The translations under genes were made by a program, and so were the position numbers. From NCBI GenBank assembly GCA_017609845.1, contig JAFCDD010000007.1, forward strand, positions 1 to 26,013: a DNA stretch of 26,013 nt. The letters are read 5' to 3'. Positions 25,595 through 26,013 of this stretch are shown here, piece by piece; position 1 is the stretch's first letter, and each line of letters begins with the position of its first letter. The notes under the pieces are model-generated. The model did not search any database, was not told the DNA's origin, and saw only the letters and a list, made by a program, of their open reading frames with translations. Source of the DNA: Candidatus Woesearchaeota archaeon. Lineage in GTDB: Archaea > Nanobdellota > Nanobdellia > SCGC-AAA011-G17 > JACPNG01.

Positions 25595-26013
25595 TTCCAG
25601 ATATCTCCTAATTTTAAAACATCAATAACGTCTTCGATAACCCTTTTTTCAAAATCCATTACTTTTTCTCCTTCTTTCTTATCCTTATTTAATGCGTTAA
25701 TTAATTCAAAAGTAAGTTTTTCTTCTCCTTCCTTAGTTAAACCAGCCAAAGAAATTTTTCCAGTATGTTCTTTTACTATATTATCTTCAATTTCTTCAGT
25801 AGTGCCAACACTTATTTCTATCTCTTCAAATTCCCTTGATGTCAACTTAAAAGTGTTTTTTAGAACACAATAAGATTCTTTTAATTTATCTCCTATTTTT
25901 TTAAAGTTAATATCCCCAGGTTTCCCCGATTTTAATTTCCCTTCTATTCTTATTGTAACAATCTTACCCCAATAATCCCGTATGTTCATTAATTCCAATT
26001 CAACATCTTCAGG
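25591..26013 (-). CDS. mre11: C-terminal part of the Mre11/SbcD nuclease, 5' end outside the window
   Basis: The frame is open to the window edge. IVTIRIEG.L..G...DINF..I resembles the end of the Mre11 capping domain. ATGA overlap with rad50, the usual arrangement. Catalytic motifs are not visible. Confidence 0.7.
   Translation of the reverse strand, partial: PEDVELELMNIRDYWGKIVTIRIEGKLKSGKPGDINFKKIGDKLKESYCVLKNTFKLTSREFEEIEISVGTTEEIEDNIVKEHTGKISLAGLTKEGEEKLTFELINALNKDKKEGEKVMDFEKRVIEDVIDVLKLGDIWK

Noticed and set aside
1-26013. CRISPR arrays, IS elements, integrases and rRNA
   Set aside because: I saw no spaced direct repeats, terminal inverted repeats, transposase or integrase motifs, or rRNA-like tracts by eye.

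Overview
AT-rich archaeal window. The split RNA polymerase (rpoH, B'', B', A', A''), followed by L30e-nusA-S12-S7, GAGGTG ribosome-binding sites, TTTAWA TATA boxes and tight packing, fits a DPANN (Woesearchaeales-like) genome; the lineage is my inference. Housekeeping content: YchF, Kae1, TsaC, TrxB, NreA, Rad50, the Mre11 C-terminus and four tRNAs (Val, Lys, Asp, intron-containing Tyr). Accessory content: a GT4 glycosyltransferase, a PKL-fold kinase, a C39/DUF3335-like protein, DUF192, a glucosylglycerate-synthase-like GT and a surface protein. The best candidate for a new system is an apparently intact PafA-type (Pup/UBact ligase) gene at 22053-23534 with no Pup, Dop or proteasome gene in the window. 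It is preceded by a structured, promoter-rich intergenic region. Other oddities are AGDFDGD in place of NADFDGD in the RNAP catalytic loop, Gln for the metal-II Glu in Rpo2C, nusA broken by two frameshifts, a PurF with an eroded glutaminase site, and an RNAP operon starting 11 nt after a tRNA. Family assignments come from remembered motifs; no database search was run.
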